Assembly (NCBI RefSeq): GCF_000009045.1 | Contig: NC_000964.3 | Coordinates: 1,320,001-1,352,000, forward strand | DNA: 32,000 nt | From: Bacillus subtilis subsp. subtilis str. 168 | Lineage (GTDB): Bacteria; Bacillota; Bacilli; Bacillales; Bacillaceae | Direction: 5' to 3' | In this document: in pieces, positions 25,305-32,000 of the stretch | Numbering within the stretch: position 1 is the first letter of the stretch | How the letters are laid out: each line of letters starts with the position of its first letter | The notes under the pieces: model-generated | What the model was told of the DNA's origin: nothing | Database searches by the model: none | The model's input: only the letters and a program-made list of their open reading frames with translations | Translations under genes and position numbers: made by a program

Positions 25305-25634
25305 ATGATCTTATATGATGCCATTATGTACAAGTATCCAAACGCAGTATCGAGAAAGGATTTTGAATTGCGTAATGACGGGAACGGTTCATACATTGAG
25401 AAATGGAATCTCCGGGCGCCGTTGCCGACTCAGGCAGAACTCGAAACCTGGTGGGAAGAGCTGCAAAAAAATCCGCCGTACGAGCCGCCTGATCAGGTGG
25501 AGCTTCTCGCTCAAGAATTGTCACAGGAAAAGCTGGCACGCAAGCAGCTTGAAGAGCTGAACAAAACATTAGGGAACGAGTTGTCAGATATAAAGCTATC
25601 ATTACTTTCCTTGAAAGGAGATTATGCTGAATGA
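25305..25634 (+). CDS. xkdW: XkdW-family protein, a likely fibre-associated or assembly factor
   Basis: 109 aa with an AGGAGGT SD, immediately after the fibre gene. Confidence 0.85.
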   Translation: MILYDAIMYKYPNAVSRKDFELRNDGNGSYIEKWNLRAPLPTQAELETWWEELQKNPPYEPPDQVELLAQELSQEKLARKQLEELNKTLGNELSDIKLSLLSLKGDYAE

Positions 25635-25795
25635 ATTATTGGGTGCTTGCCCTCTATTATGAGTGGGCGACAACGGATATGGTGAAACAGGCTTTAGCAT
25701 ATGAAGACTGTTCAATTCAGGATCTGGCAGAGGGTGTGAACAAAAAGCTGATCACAGCTGACCAGTATAAAGAAATTACCGGTAAAGCCATGTAA
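25631..25795 (+). CDS. xkdX: XkdX-family small protein (54 aa), below the ORF-track cutoff
   Basis: Hand translation: MNYWVLALYYEWATTDMVKQALAYEDCSIQDLAEGVNKKLITADQYKEITGKAM. Its ATG overlaps the xkdW stop (ATGA). Confidence 0.7.
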   Translation: MNYWVLALYYEWATTDMVKQALAYEDCSIQDLAEGVNKKLITADQYKEITGKAM

Positions 25796-25809
25796 GGCTT
25801 TTTTATTTT
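25784..25809 (+). terminator. Weak-to-moderate intrinsic terminator after xkdX
   Basis: AAAGCC (25784-25789) pairs with GGCTTT (25796-25801) and is followed by TTTATTTT. The stem is only 6 bp. Confidence 0.45.
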
Positions 25810-25838
25810 GCCTGTTTTTAGATCAAAGGAGGATGAAG

Positions 25839-26678
25839 ATGGTGAAGTATCAATATGAATTTCCTCTCGATAAGGCTGGAAAAGCCGGCGCTGTAAAGCC
25901 CTATCGAGGAGGAAAAAATGATTTTGTGACACCTGTTTCGAATTTGTCAGGCGTAGCGGAGATTTTAACAAATGCTGCTTTAAAGGCGACTGAGGCATAC
26001 AGTCAGCTCGGGCAGGACAGGCTTGGCGCAGTTCTGATTTCGAAAGTGAAGGGCTGGGCGTATGCAGATCGTGAAGGTACGCTCTTTATAGAAGAAAGCG
26101 ACAACAACAATGTTTGGACAACGACAGCAGCAGTTAATGTCGCAGCAGGCGTCCTGACAGCGACGGACTGGGTATATCTTTCTAAACGCTATTACCGTTT
26201 CCGCTATGTGAACGGGAATCTTCAGCAATCTGAGTTTGTATTATACCAATCAGTCGGTGCGGGTGAGATGGATGTGCGTGTCAATGAAAAAACGCCTTTA
26301 CAGATTGACTTTGCGGAGAATCAAACACACGATGGACGGCTGAAAGTCGAGGCTCGCAAAACATTTGACTTTGTCTTTCATGAAAATGCAGAGTCCGCCA
26401 GCGAGGGGGCTGCTTTACCTGTTGACGGTGCCGCGCATTTACTCGTTGAAGTCTACGGCACAGCAGAAATGAGCGAAGTCAAATTTTGGGGCAAATCGGT
26501 GTCAGGACAGAAACTGCCGATCAGAGGCGTGAAAACTGATGATGCTACCACTGCCTCCAGTACATTAGGAAAAGCTGAGGCATGGGCCTTTGATATTAAA
26601 GGGTTTAAGGAGATCATCATGGAGATTATCAGTATCACCGGCGGTACTCTTTCGGTAAAAGGGACCGCGGTTTCATAA
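25839..26678 (+). CDS. xepA: PBSX exported/lysis-associated protein XepA
   Basis: ATG 25839 (MVKYQYEF) lies 6 nt after AAAGGAGG and gives 279 aa. The track start, ATG 25833, abuts the SD. Confidence 0.87.
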   Translation: MVKYQYEFPLDKAGKAGAVKPYRGGKNDFVTPVSNLSGVAEILTNAALKATEAYSQLGQDRLGAVLISKVKGWAYADREGTLFIEESDNNNVWTTTAAVNVAAGVLTATDWVYLSKRYYRFRYVNGNLQQSEFVLYQSVGAGEMDVRVNEKTPLQIDFAENQTHDGRLKVEARKTFDFVFHENAESASEGAALPVDGAAHLLVEVYGTAEMSEVKFWGKSVSGQKLPIRGVKTDDATTASSTLGKAEAWAFDIKGFKEIIMEIISITGGTLSVKGTAVS

Positions 26679-26730
26679 TAGTCTCGGCCCTCGGAAGGGA
26701 GGTGATCTGCATGTGAAGGAGGAGTGAGAG

Positions 26731-27000
26731 ATGCAGCAAGAGGCAGACGTGAATGTGTTTCAGCAGGATTTAGCAGACATGAAAGGCGAGCACAAAGCAC
26801 TTGAGCAGAGGGTTTCCGCATTAGAACGCGTGTCTGACCGGCAAGACCAGCAAATCATGACGCTGAACGAAAAATTAAACAAAATTGAAGAAAACACCAC
26901 GTGGATTAAACGCACCATCACAGGTGCCATCATTACAGCAGTGTCTACAGGCATCATTGGCGGAGCCATCGCCATTATGTACAGCCTGCTGCAGCATTAA
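26731..27000 (+). CDS. xhlA: Lysis-cassette membrane protein: N-terminal coiled coil plus a C-terminal TM segment
   Basis: 89 aa with a GGAGG SD 8 nt upstream. C-terminal TM segment: ITGAIITAVSTGIIGGAIAIMYSLL. Confidence 0.88.
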   Translation: MQQEADVNVFQQDLADMKGEHKALEQRVSALERVSDRQDQQIMTLNEKLNKIEENTTWIKRTITGAIITAVSTGIIGGAIAIMYSLLQH

Positions 27001-27012
27001 AGGGGGATTTTT

Positions 27013-27276
27013 ATGAACACGTTTGACAAGGGCACGGTCATCAGGACGGTGCTTCTTTTAATTGCTTTAATCAACCAGACCATGCTGATGCTCGGCAAAT
27101 CACCATTGGACATTCAGGAGGAGCAGGTCAATCAGCTCGCTGACGCTCTTTATTCAGCCGGTTCCATCGCATTTACAATTGGAACGACACTTGCCGCTTG
27201 GTTTAAAAACAACTATGTAACAGAAAAAGGGAAAAAACAGCGCGACTTGTTAAGGGACAATAATCTGACGAAATAA
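27013..27276 (+). CDS. xhlB: Holin
   Basis: 87 aa with two hydrophobic segments ([19 protein letters not shown] and [16 protein letters not shown]) and a charged C-terminus. It lies immediately upstream of the amidase gene. Confidence 0.88.
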
Positions 27277-27288
27277 GGAGAGATGAAA

Positions 27289-28182
27289 ATGGTTAACATT
27301 ATTCAAGACTTTATTCCGGTTGGCGCAAATAACCGTCCAGGCTACGCAATGACGCCGCTTTACATTACGGTGCACAACACAGCGAATACCGCAGTAGGAG
27401 CAGATGCTGCAGCGCATGCCCGCTATTTGAAAAATCCTGATACGACGACAAGCTGGCATTTTACAGTTGATGATACAGAAATTTATCAGCATCTGCCTTT
27501 AAATGAAAACGGCTGGCATGCGGGAGACGGAAATGGCAGCGGCAACCGGGCTTCTATTGGAATTGAAATTTGCGAAAATGCCGATGGCGATTTTGCAAAA
27601 GCAACAGCAAATGCCCAGTGGCTCATCAAAACATTAATGGCTGAACATAATATCAGTCTCGCCAATGTCGTCCCTCATAAGTATTGGTCAGGGAAGGAAT
27701 GTCCGCGAAAATTGTTAGATACGTGGGATTCGTTCAAAGCAGGAATTGGGGGAGGCGGCAGCCAAACTTACGTCGTGAAACAGGGCGACACACTTACATC
27801 TATAGCGAGAGCATTTGGTGTTACGGTTGCTCAGCTGCAAGAGTGGAACAATATCGAAGACCCGAATCTTATTCGCGTTGGTCAAGTATTAATTGTAAGT
27901 GCTCCATCGGCTGCTGAAAAACCCGAGCTCTATCCGCTCCCTGATGGTATCATTCAATTGACAACACCTTATACATCAGGAGAACACGTCTTTCAGGTGC
28001 AACGAGCACTTGCGGCTCTGTATTTTTACCCTGATAAAGGCGCTGTTAACAACGGAATTGACGGCGTTTACGGACCGAAAACAGCTGACGCAGTTGCCCG
28101 TTTTCAGTCTGTTAACGGTCTAACTGCTGACGGTATCTACGGGCCTGCGACGAAAGAGAAGATCGCAGCGCAATTAAGCTGA
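27289..28182 (+). CDS. xlyA: N-acetylmuramoyl-L-alanine amidase endolysin (amidase_2 + LysM + PG-binding repeat)
   Basis: ATG 27289 lies 7 nt after AAGGAGAG and gives 297 aa. LysM segment: YVVKQGDTLTSIARAFGVTVAQLQEWNN. PG_binding_1-like segment: GIDGVYGPKTADAVARFQSVNGLTADGIYGPAT. Confidence 0.92.
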   Translation: MVNIIQDFIPVGANNRPGYAMTPLYITVHNTANTAVGADAAAHARYLKNPDTTTSWHFTVDDTEIYQHLPLNENGWHAGDGNGSGNRASIGIEICENADGDFAKATANAQWLIKTLMAEHNISLANVVPHKYWSGKECPRKLLDTWDSFKAGIGGGGSQTYVVKQGDTLTSIARAFGVTVAQLQEWNNIEDPNLIRVGQVLIVSAPSAAEKPELYPLPDGIIQLTTPYTSGEHVFQVQRALAALYFYPDKGAVNNGIDGVYGPKTADAVARFQSVNGLTADGIYGPATKEKIAAQLS

Positions 28183-28195
28183 TCAAAGACCATAA

Positions 28196-28227
28196 AAATC
28201 CCGGAGCCGCTCCGGGATTTATTTTTT
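28196..28227. terminator. Bidirectional terminator between convergent xlyA and spoIISC
   Basis: AAATCCCGGAG (28196-28206) pairs with CTCCGGGATTT (28210-28220). An A run lies upstream and ATTTTTT downstream. Confidence 0.75.
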
Positions 28228-28356
28228 CTTCTTCAACTTTTTTATAATTCCAGCACTGCGCTCCCTCACCCGAAGCGAGTACCCGGAAAGCCCAAACCTT
28301 CCGTAATCAACAAACTTCACACGCCTCACCAATTTTTTCACTGTATCACCTGACAT
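28219..28356 (-). CDS. spoIISC: Second SpoIISA antitoxin (45 aa), below the ORF-track cutoff
   Basis: Hand translation of the minus strand: MSGDTVKKLVRRVKFVDYGRFGLSGYSLRVRERSAGIIKKLKKKK. A GAGGAT SD precedes the ATG at 28356. Confidence 0.7.
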   Translation of the reverse strand: MSGDTVKKLVRRVKFVDYGRFGLSGYSLRVRERSAGIIKKLKKKK

Positions 28357-28403
28357 TATCCTCTGTTTGTATTTATTATATGTCACCCTTTAAGAAAAGG
28401 AAT

Positions 28404-28432
28404 AAGGACAAGAGCTGTTTTCCCTTGTCCTT
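28404..28432 (-). terminator. Hairpin between spoIISB and spoIISC
   Basis: AAGGACAAG (28404-28412) pairs with CTTGTCCTT (28424-28432). On the minus strand a T-rich tract (ATTCCTTTTCTT) follows. Confidence 0.45.
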
Positions 28433-28441
28433 TTAGTGTGA

Positions 28442-28612
28442 TCATGCTTTTTTTCGTTTATACTCGTCAATCAGCCGTTCGTTTTCTTTGAAGATTCTTG
28501 CTGTATGCGGACTGACTTGATAGCTTGCGACACTGGTGGTTGAACGTTTTTTCAGGATTTTAAACGGCTTCGCCGCTCTGGGCTCGCATCTGTTTTGAAA
28601 CGCACGTTCCAT
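28442..28612 (-). CDS. spoIISB: SpoIISA antitoxin (56 aa), below the ORF-track cutoff
   Basis: Hand translation: MERAFQNRCEPRAAKPFKILKKRSTTSVASYQVSPHTARIFKENERLIDEYKRKKA. Its ATG overlaps the spoIISA stop (TAATG). Confidence 0.85.
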   Translation of the reverse strand: MERAFQNRCEPRAAKPFKILKKRSTTSVASYQVSPHTARIFKENERLIDEYKRKKA

Positions 28613-29358
28613 TATCCTTCACCTTCCTCCTCAATTGGCAGCACCAAATCATATATGCTCGTTAATGACGTAAATAGCAAATAATCAAATTCCGTGACAA
28701 TGCTGTCAGACGTCAGCTTGATGACATAGTTCTGTGTCTCGATGGTAAAAGGGATGAGAACCACTTTTCCGTATTGGTCGTAATAAACATCCTTTCGATC
28801 GAGCCGTGTTTGTACATCTGCCGGATCATCCATATGCTCGGTTAACCGGTCTTTATCAGCCTGTGTCGAATAGTGGCAAAGAGAAGCCGTTAAGTTCATT
28901 TTATCAGCATAGGTTTTCAGCAGCTTATCAATACCTTCAGCATAAGCATCTATACTTCCATAATAAACATGGATCGGTTCGTTTTTCAATAGGTATTGGT
29001 ATGTTTTCAGCCGATTGAGATACATGTGGAGCATTTCGTTGTTTTCTTCAAGAATTTCTCTTGTGTCTGTTTCAAGCTCGCTGCCGGCCAGTTTTTTGAC
29101 ATATGCACTTAAGAAGATAAAAGCATCAATCAAAGCAAAACTGACTGCGACAATGAGATACCGTTCCCAGTGGGTAAATAGGGAAGTGGGCTCATATGTC
29201 CAGTATACCATAGCGCCCAGAACAAACAGCAAATACCAAGTTTTCCGAATGGCGGACATTTTTTCTTTGACCTTCGCTTCGAAACGCCACGTGGCATACA
29301 CGTATAACCCCAGTCCGGCCACGATGCACCAGACCATGATCTGAAAGAATAAAACCAT
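28612..29358 (-). CDS. spoIISA: Membrane toxin SpoIISA (three N-terminal TM helices plus a cytosolic domain)
   Basis: The 253-aa track ORF reduces to 248 aa from the Met at 29358 (MVLFFQIMVWCIVAGLGLYVY). It has three hydrophobic N-terminal segments and is followed by a coupled antitoxin ORF. Confidence 0.9.
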   Translation of the reverse strand: MVLFFQIMVWCIVAGLGLYVYATWRFEAKVKEKMSAIRKTWYLLFVLGAMVYWTYEPTSLFTHWERYLIVAVSFALIDAFIFLSAYVKKLAGSELETDTREILEENNEMLHMYLNRLKTYQYLLKNEPIHVYYGSIDAYAEGIDKLLKTYADKMNLTASLCHYSTQADKDRLTEHMDDPADVQTRLDRKDVYYDQYGKVVLIPFTIETQNYVIKLTSDSIVTEFDYLLFTSLTSIYDLVLPIEEEGEG

Positions 29359-29432
29359 ATTCGAATCCCTCACATCTGAAATAGGTTCTGCTTATTGTAT
29401 TCGAGAGATCCGGATGGTTTTCCTGTTCCATC

Positions 29433-29461
29433 AAAAAAACCGCTCCTTTGACAGAAGCGGT
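29433..29461 (-). terminator. Intrinsic terminator downstream of pit
   Basis: Minus strand reads ACCGCTTCTGTCAAAGGAGCGGT followed by TTTTTTT (the A run at 29433-29439 on the plus strand). Confidence 0.6.
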
Positions 29462-29467
29462 GTGACA

Positions 29468-30469
29468 TTAAAATATCATATTTAAAATAAAGTAGGCGAT
29501 GGCACCAAGTGTCGCTGAAATCGGAAGCGTGATGACCCATGTAATGAGCATTCGCTTGGCCGTACCCCAGTTTACGCCTTTTACGCGGTGGGACGCACCG
29601 ACGCCAAGAATTGATGAAGAAATGACGTGGGTTGTACTGACCGGCAAATGAATAAACGTGGCGCCGAAAATAATGGCTGCTCCGGTTAAGTCAGCGGAAA
29701 CACCGTTTACCGGACGGATTTTCATGATCTTTCCGCCAACGGTTTTGATGATTTTCCAGCCGCCGATTGATGTTCCGAGACCCATGGCTGTCGCGCAGGC
29801 GAATTGCACCCAGGTAGGAATATCATTAGCAGAAGTATGTAAATTCGCTGTGATGAGAGCCATTGTGATAATTCCCATTGCTTTTTGCGCATCGTTTGTT
29901 CCGTGTGTATACGATTGCAGGGCAGCTGTTACAATCTGCACTCTGCGGAATTGCTTATTCGTTTTCGCCAAGTTGCTGTCTTTGAAAATCAGCTTAACGA
30001 TGCTATAAAGAATAAAACCAAGGACAAAGGCAATAATTGGTGATAGAATCAGTGCTTCAATGATTTTAATGAAGCCCTTATAGTTTAACGCTGCAAATCC
30101 GGCTGCCGCAATGGCTGCACCGGCAATAGCGCCGATGATGGCATGGGATGAGCTGCTTGGGATACCGTAGTACCATGTGATAAGGTTCCAGGCAATTGCA
30201 GCGAGTAGCGCAGCCAAAATGACAACAGAGCCATTTTCCAGCGTATAAGGATCTACGATGTCTTTCGTAATGGTTTTGGCAACACCTGTAAACGTCATTG
30301 CTCCGACAAAGTTCATCACAGCAGCCAATATAATGGCATGGCGCGGTTTTAACGCTTTTGTTGATACCGAAGTCGCAATTGCGTTTGCCGTATCATGAAA
30401 CCCGTTGATGAAATCAAACGCCAGAGCACAAATGACTATTAGTATCGTTAATATTAATAGAATATCCAT
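29468..30469 (-). CDS. pit: Low-affinity inorganic phosphate transporter, PiT (PHO4) family
   Basis: 333 aa and polytopic. It has the duplicated PiT signature GFHDTANAIATSV and HGTNDAQKAMGI, with a GAGGGG SD. Confidence 0.92.
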   Translation of the reverse strand: MDILLILTILIVICALAFDFINGFHDTANAIATSVSTKALKPRHAIILAAVMNFVGAMTFTGVAKTITKDIVDPYTLENGSVVILAALLAAIAWNLITWYYGIPSSSSHAIIGAIAGAAIAAAGFAALNYKGFIKIIEALILSPIIAFVLGFILYSIVKLIFKDSNLAKTNKQFRRVQIVTAALQSYTHGTNDAQKAMGIITMALITANLHTSANDIPTWVQFACATAMGLGTSIGGWKIIKTVGGKIMKIRPVNGVSADLTGAAIIFGATFIHLPVSTTHVISSSILGVGASHRVKGVNWGTAKRMLITWVITLPISATLGAIAYFILNMIF

Positions 30470-30481
30470 TTTTACCCCTCG

Positions 30482-31099
30482 TTACGCGTTTTTCATAATG
30501 ATGGTTTCAAGATTATTGGCAACACTTTGACAAGAGTCGGCGATTTCTTCAAGCGTTTCGTATATTTCACGATATTGAATGACTTTGATTGGATCTGTTT
30601 CATTTCCGAAAAGATTCTTTAATGATTTTCTGTGCAAGTTGTCACAACTGTGCTCATACTCTTTAATTTTGATTGCGTGAGGCTGAATATCCTTTAAGCG
30701 ATTTTCTGCCAGCAGCTCGATCGTAATCAAAATCTCTTTCGCACATTCTCTGATATATCCGCTGAATTTATCAATATGCTCGTCTGATGAAGTAATTGAG
30801 AAAATCTCCATCATGGCAGAGAAATGTTCGATTCCGTCAAGCACATCATCCAAGCTGTTTGTCAGCTGAAGGATATCTTCGCGCTCAATAGGAGTGATGA
30901 ACGCTTTGTTAAGCTCTTTAATCATGACATGAACATGATTGTCACCTTTTGTTTCATATTCCTTTAACGTATCTGCAAATTCTTTAAGAGTCGTTTGGTT
31001 AGTGACCTTAAAATTCACAAAATATTCTGCAGTTTCGTCTATGTTCTTTGCAATTTCTGTTAAAAGGAGTGAGAACTTATCTTTTTTTCTTCTTATCAT
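30482..31099 (-). CDS. ykaA: PhoU-like / DUF47 Pit accessory protein
   Basis: The Met at 31099 (MIRRKKDKFSLL) lies 7 nt after GGAGGG and gives 205 aa. The gene sits directly upstream of pit, the typical DUF47-PiT pairing. Confidence 0.88.
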   Translation of the reverse strand: MIRRKKDKFSLLLTEIAKNIDETAEYFVNFKVTNQTTLKEFADTLKEYETKGDNHVHVMIKELNKAFITPIEREDILQLTNSLDDVLDGIEHFSAMMEIFSITSSDEHIDKFSGYIRECAKEILITIELLAENRLKDIQPHAIKIKEYEHSCDNLHRKSLKNLFGNETDPIKVIQYREIYETLEEIADSCQSVANNLETIIMKNA

Positions 31100-31340
31100 T
31101 AAAAACCCTCCATAGTTTGAATGAACAATGCACACATCAAATTATTATATAGCCTTTTGTCGAAAAAAAACAGGTAAAGTCGAAAAAAACGTATCTTGAC
31201 TTTTTTGATAAATCGTGTCTCCTTATTTTGACCTACTTCGCTTTAAAAAAACGACCCAAGTTTGCAAAAACTTTCTGCTTAACGTAAAAAGTATATCAAA
31301 AGTTGTGTTTTTCCTGTCAACTTTTATCTTCTGTTTCACC

Positions 31341-31374
31341 AAAAAACGGTTCCCTAAACAAGGGAACCGTTTTA
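31341..31374 (-). terminator. Intrinsic terminator immediately after the transporter gene
   Basis: Minus strand reads AACGGTTCCCT TGTTT AGGGAACCGTT followed by TTTTTT. It begins right after the stop codon at 31375-31377. Confidence 0.8.
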
Positions 31375-32000
31375 TCAGCTTGCTTTTCGTTTTTTCATCC
31401 CGTAATAAACAGGCAGTCCGGCAAGGCCGATGAGGATGGATAATCCGCAGCTCATTGTATCTGTAATGAGTGTGCTGCCTAACACAAAGAAGGAGCCCGC
31501 GATTGCCAGAATTGGCATAAATGGATAAAGCGGAACACTGTAGGCGCGCTTTTCTCCCTTTGCTCGCTTGCGGAGAATAAACACTGCAAAAAAGGCCATC
31601 ACATAAAAAATGTAGATCATGAAAATGGAGATTTCTGAGAGCTTATCAGGGTTGCTGATCAGCATCATAATCAAAGCCAAAGCAATTTGAAAAGAAATCG
31701 CAATCCATGGTGTGCGGAACGACGGGTGTACATGTGACAGTTTTTCAGCAAATGGAAGCTGTTTGCGTTCCGCCATTGCAAATGAAACACGCGGGAAAGA
31801 AAGCACCTTTCCATTTAAGCACCCAAAGATGCTGACGATAATCCCTACACTGATCAGCTTTCCGCCAATTGAACCGAACAGCATGGTTGCAGCGGTGCTT
31901 GTCGCATTTTCACCAAGCGTGACAATTTCGTTCGCTGACAGGATGTGAAGCAATGCAAAATTAATGAAAATATAGATCGCCGTTACAATTAATAATCCGC
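31375..32000 (-). CDS. steT: APC-family amino acid transporter, C-terminal part; the gene continues beyond the window
   Basis: The frame stays open to base 32000. The product is hydrophobic and polytopic, ending in GLPVYYGMKKRKAS. Its position after ykaA matches my memory of steT (ykbA). Confidence 0.7.
   Translation of the reverse strand, partial: GLLIVTAIYIFINFALLHILSANEIVTLGENATSTAATMLFGSIGGKLISVGIIVSIFGCLNGKVLSFPRVSFAMAERKQLPFAEKLSHVHPSFRTPWIAISFQIALALIMMLISNPDKLSEISIFMIYIFYVMAFFAVFILRKRAKGEKRAYSVPLYPFMPILAIAGSFFVLGSTLITDTMSCGLSILIGLAGLPVYYGMKKRKAS

Noticed and set aside
31215-31433. 72-aa plus-strand ORF in the ykaA-steT intergenic region
   Set aside because: It has no SD, runs through a terminator hairpin and into the antisense of steT, and its composition reflects AT-rich intergenic DNA.
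1-32000. Search by eye for CRISPR arrays, tRNA/rRNA genes, IS elements, a reverse transcriptase/DGR, or an invertible fibre segment
   Set aside because: I saw no regularly spaced repeat-spacer pattern, no tRNA-like or rRNA-like sequence, and no transposase, recombinase or reverse transcriptase ORF. The repeats in xkdV and xkdO are in-frame protein repeats rather than template/variable-region pairs. Visual inspection cannot exclude small ncRNAs.

Overview
This window looks like the Bacillus subtilis PBSX defective-prophage locus with its chromosomal flanks. I identified it from memory of gene order, protein lengths and motifs; no database search was possible.

Gene order, left to right:
- Left flank: 3' end of a Mn-catalase-like gene (yjqC).
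- Immunity module on the minus strand: ImmA-like protease xkdA and repressor xre. A four-operator switch region follows.
- Plus-strand early operon: a small ORF, xkdB, xkdC, two micro-ORFs, xkdD, xtrA and the sigma factor xpf.
- Late operon of about 23 kb: terminase xtmAB, portal xkdE, protease-scaffold xkdF, capsid xkdG, connector genes, sheath xkdK, tube xkdM, chaperone xkdN, tape measure xkdO, baseplate genes xkdP to xkdU, fibre xkdV with xkdW and xkdX, and the lysis cassette xepA-xhlA-xhlB-xlyA.
- Right flank, all minus strand: the spoIISA/B/C toxin-antitoxin locus, pit, ykaA, and the 3' part of an APC-family transporter (steT).

I saw no rRNA, tRNA, CRISPR array, IS element, integrase or att repeat. 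I do not see a convincing undescribed multi-gene system; this element is well studied.

The sequence-level points most worth a second look are:
- a very strong terminator directly in front of xpf;
- an A_AAA_AAC -1 frameshift site at the end of xkdN, opening a 60-codon extension;
- a tape measure that seems to need a non-canonical AUC start;
- a leader mini-ORF abutting the xtmA start;
- a chain of translationally coupled micro-ORFs that includes a zinc-ribbon peptide;
- sharp low-GC mosaic blocks in xkdN/xkdO and in xkdV;
- a LexA-type box in front of xkdA.
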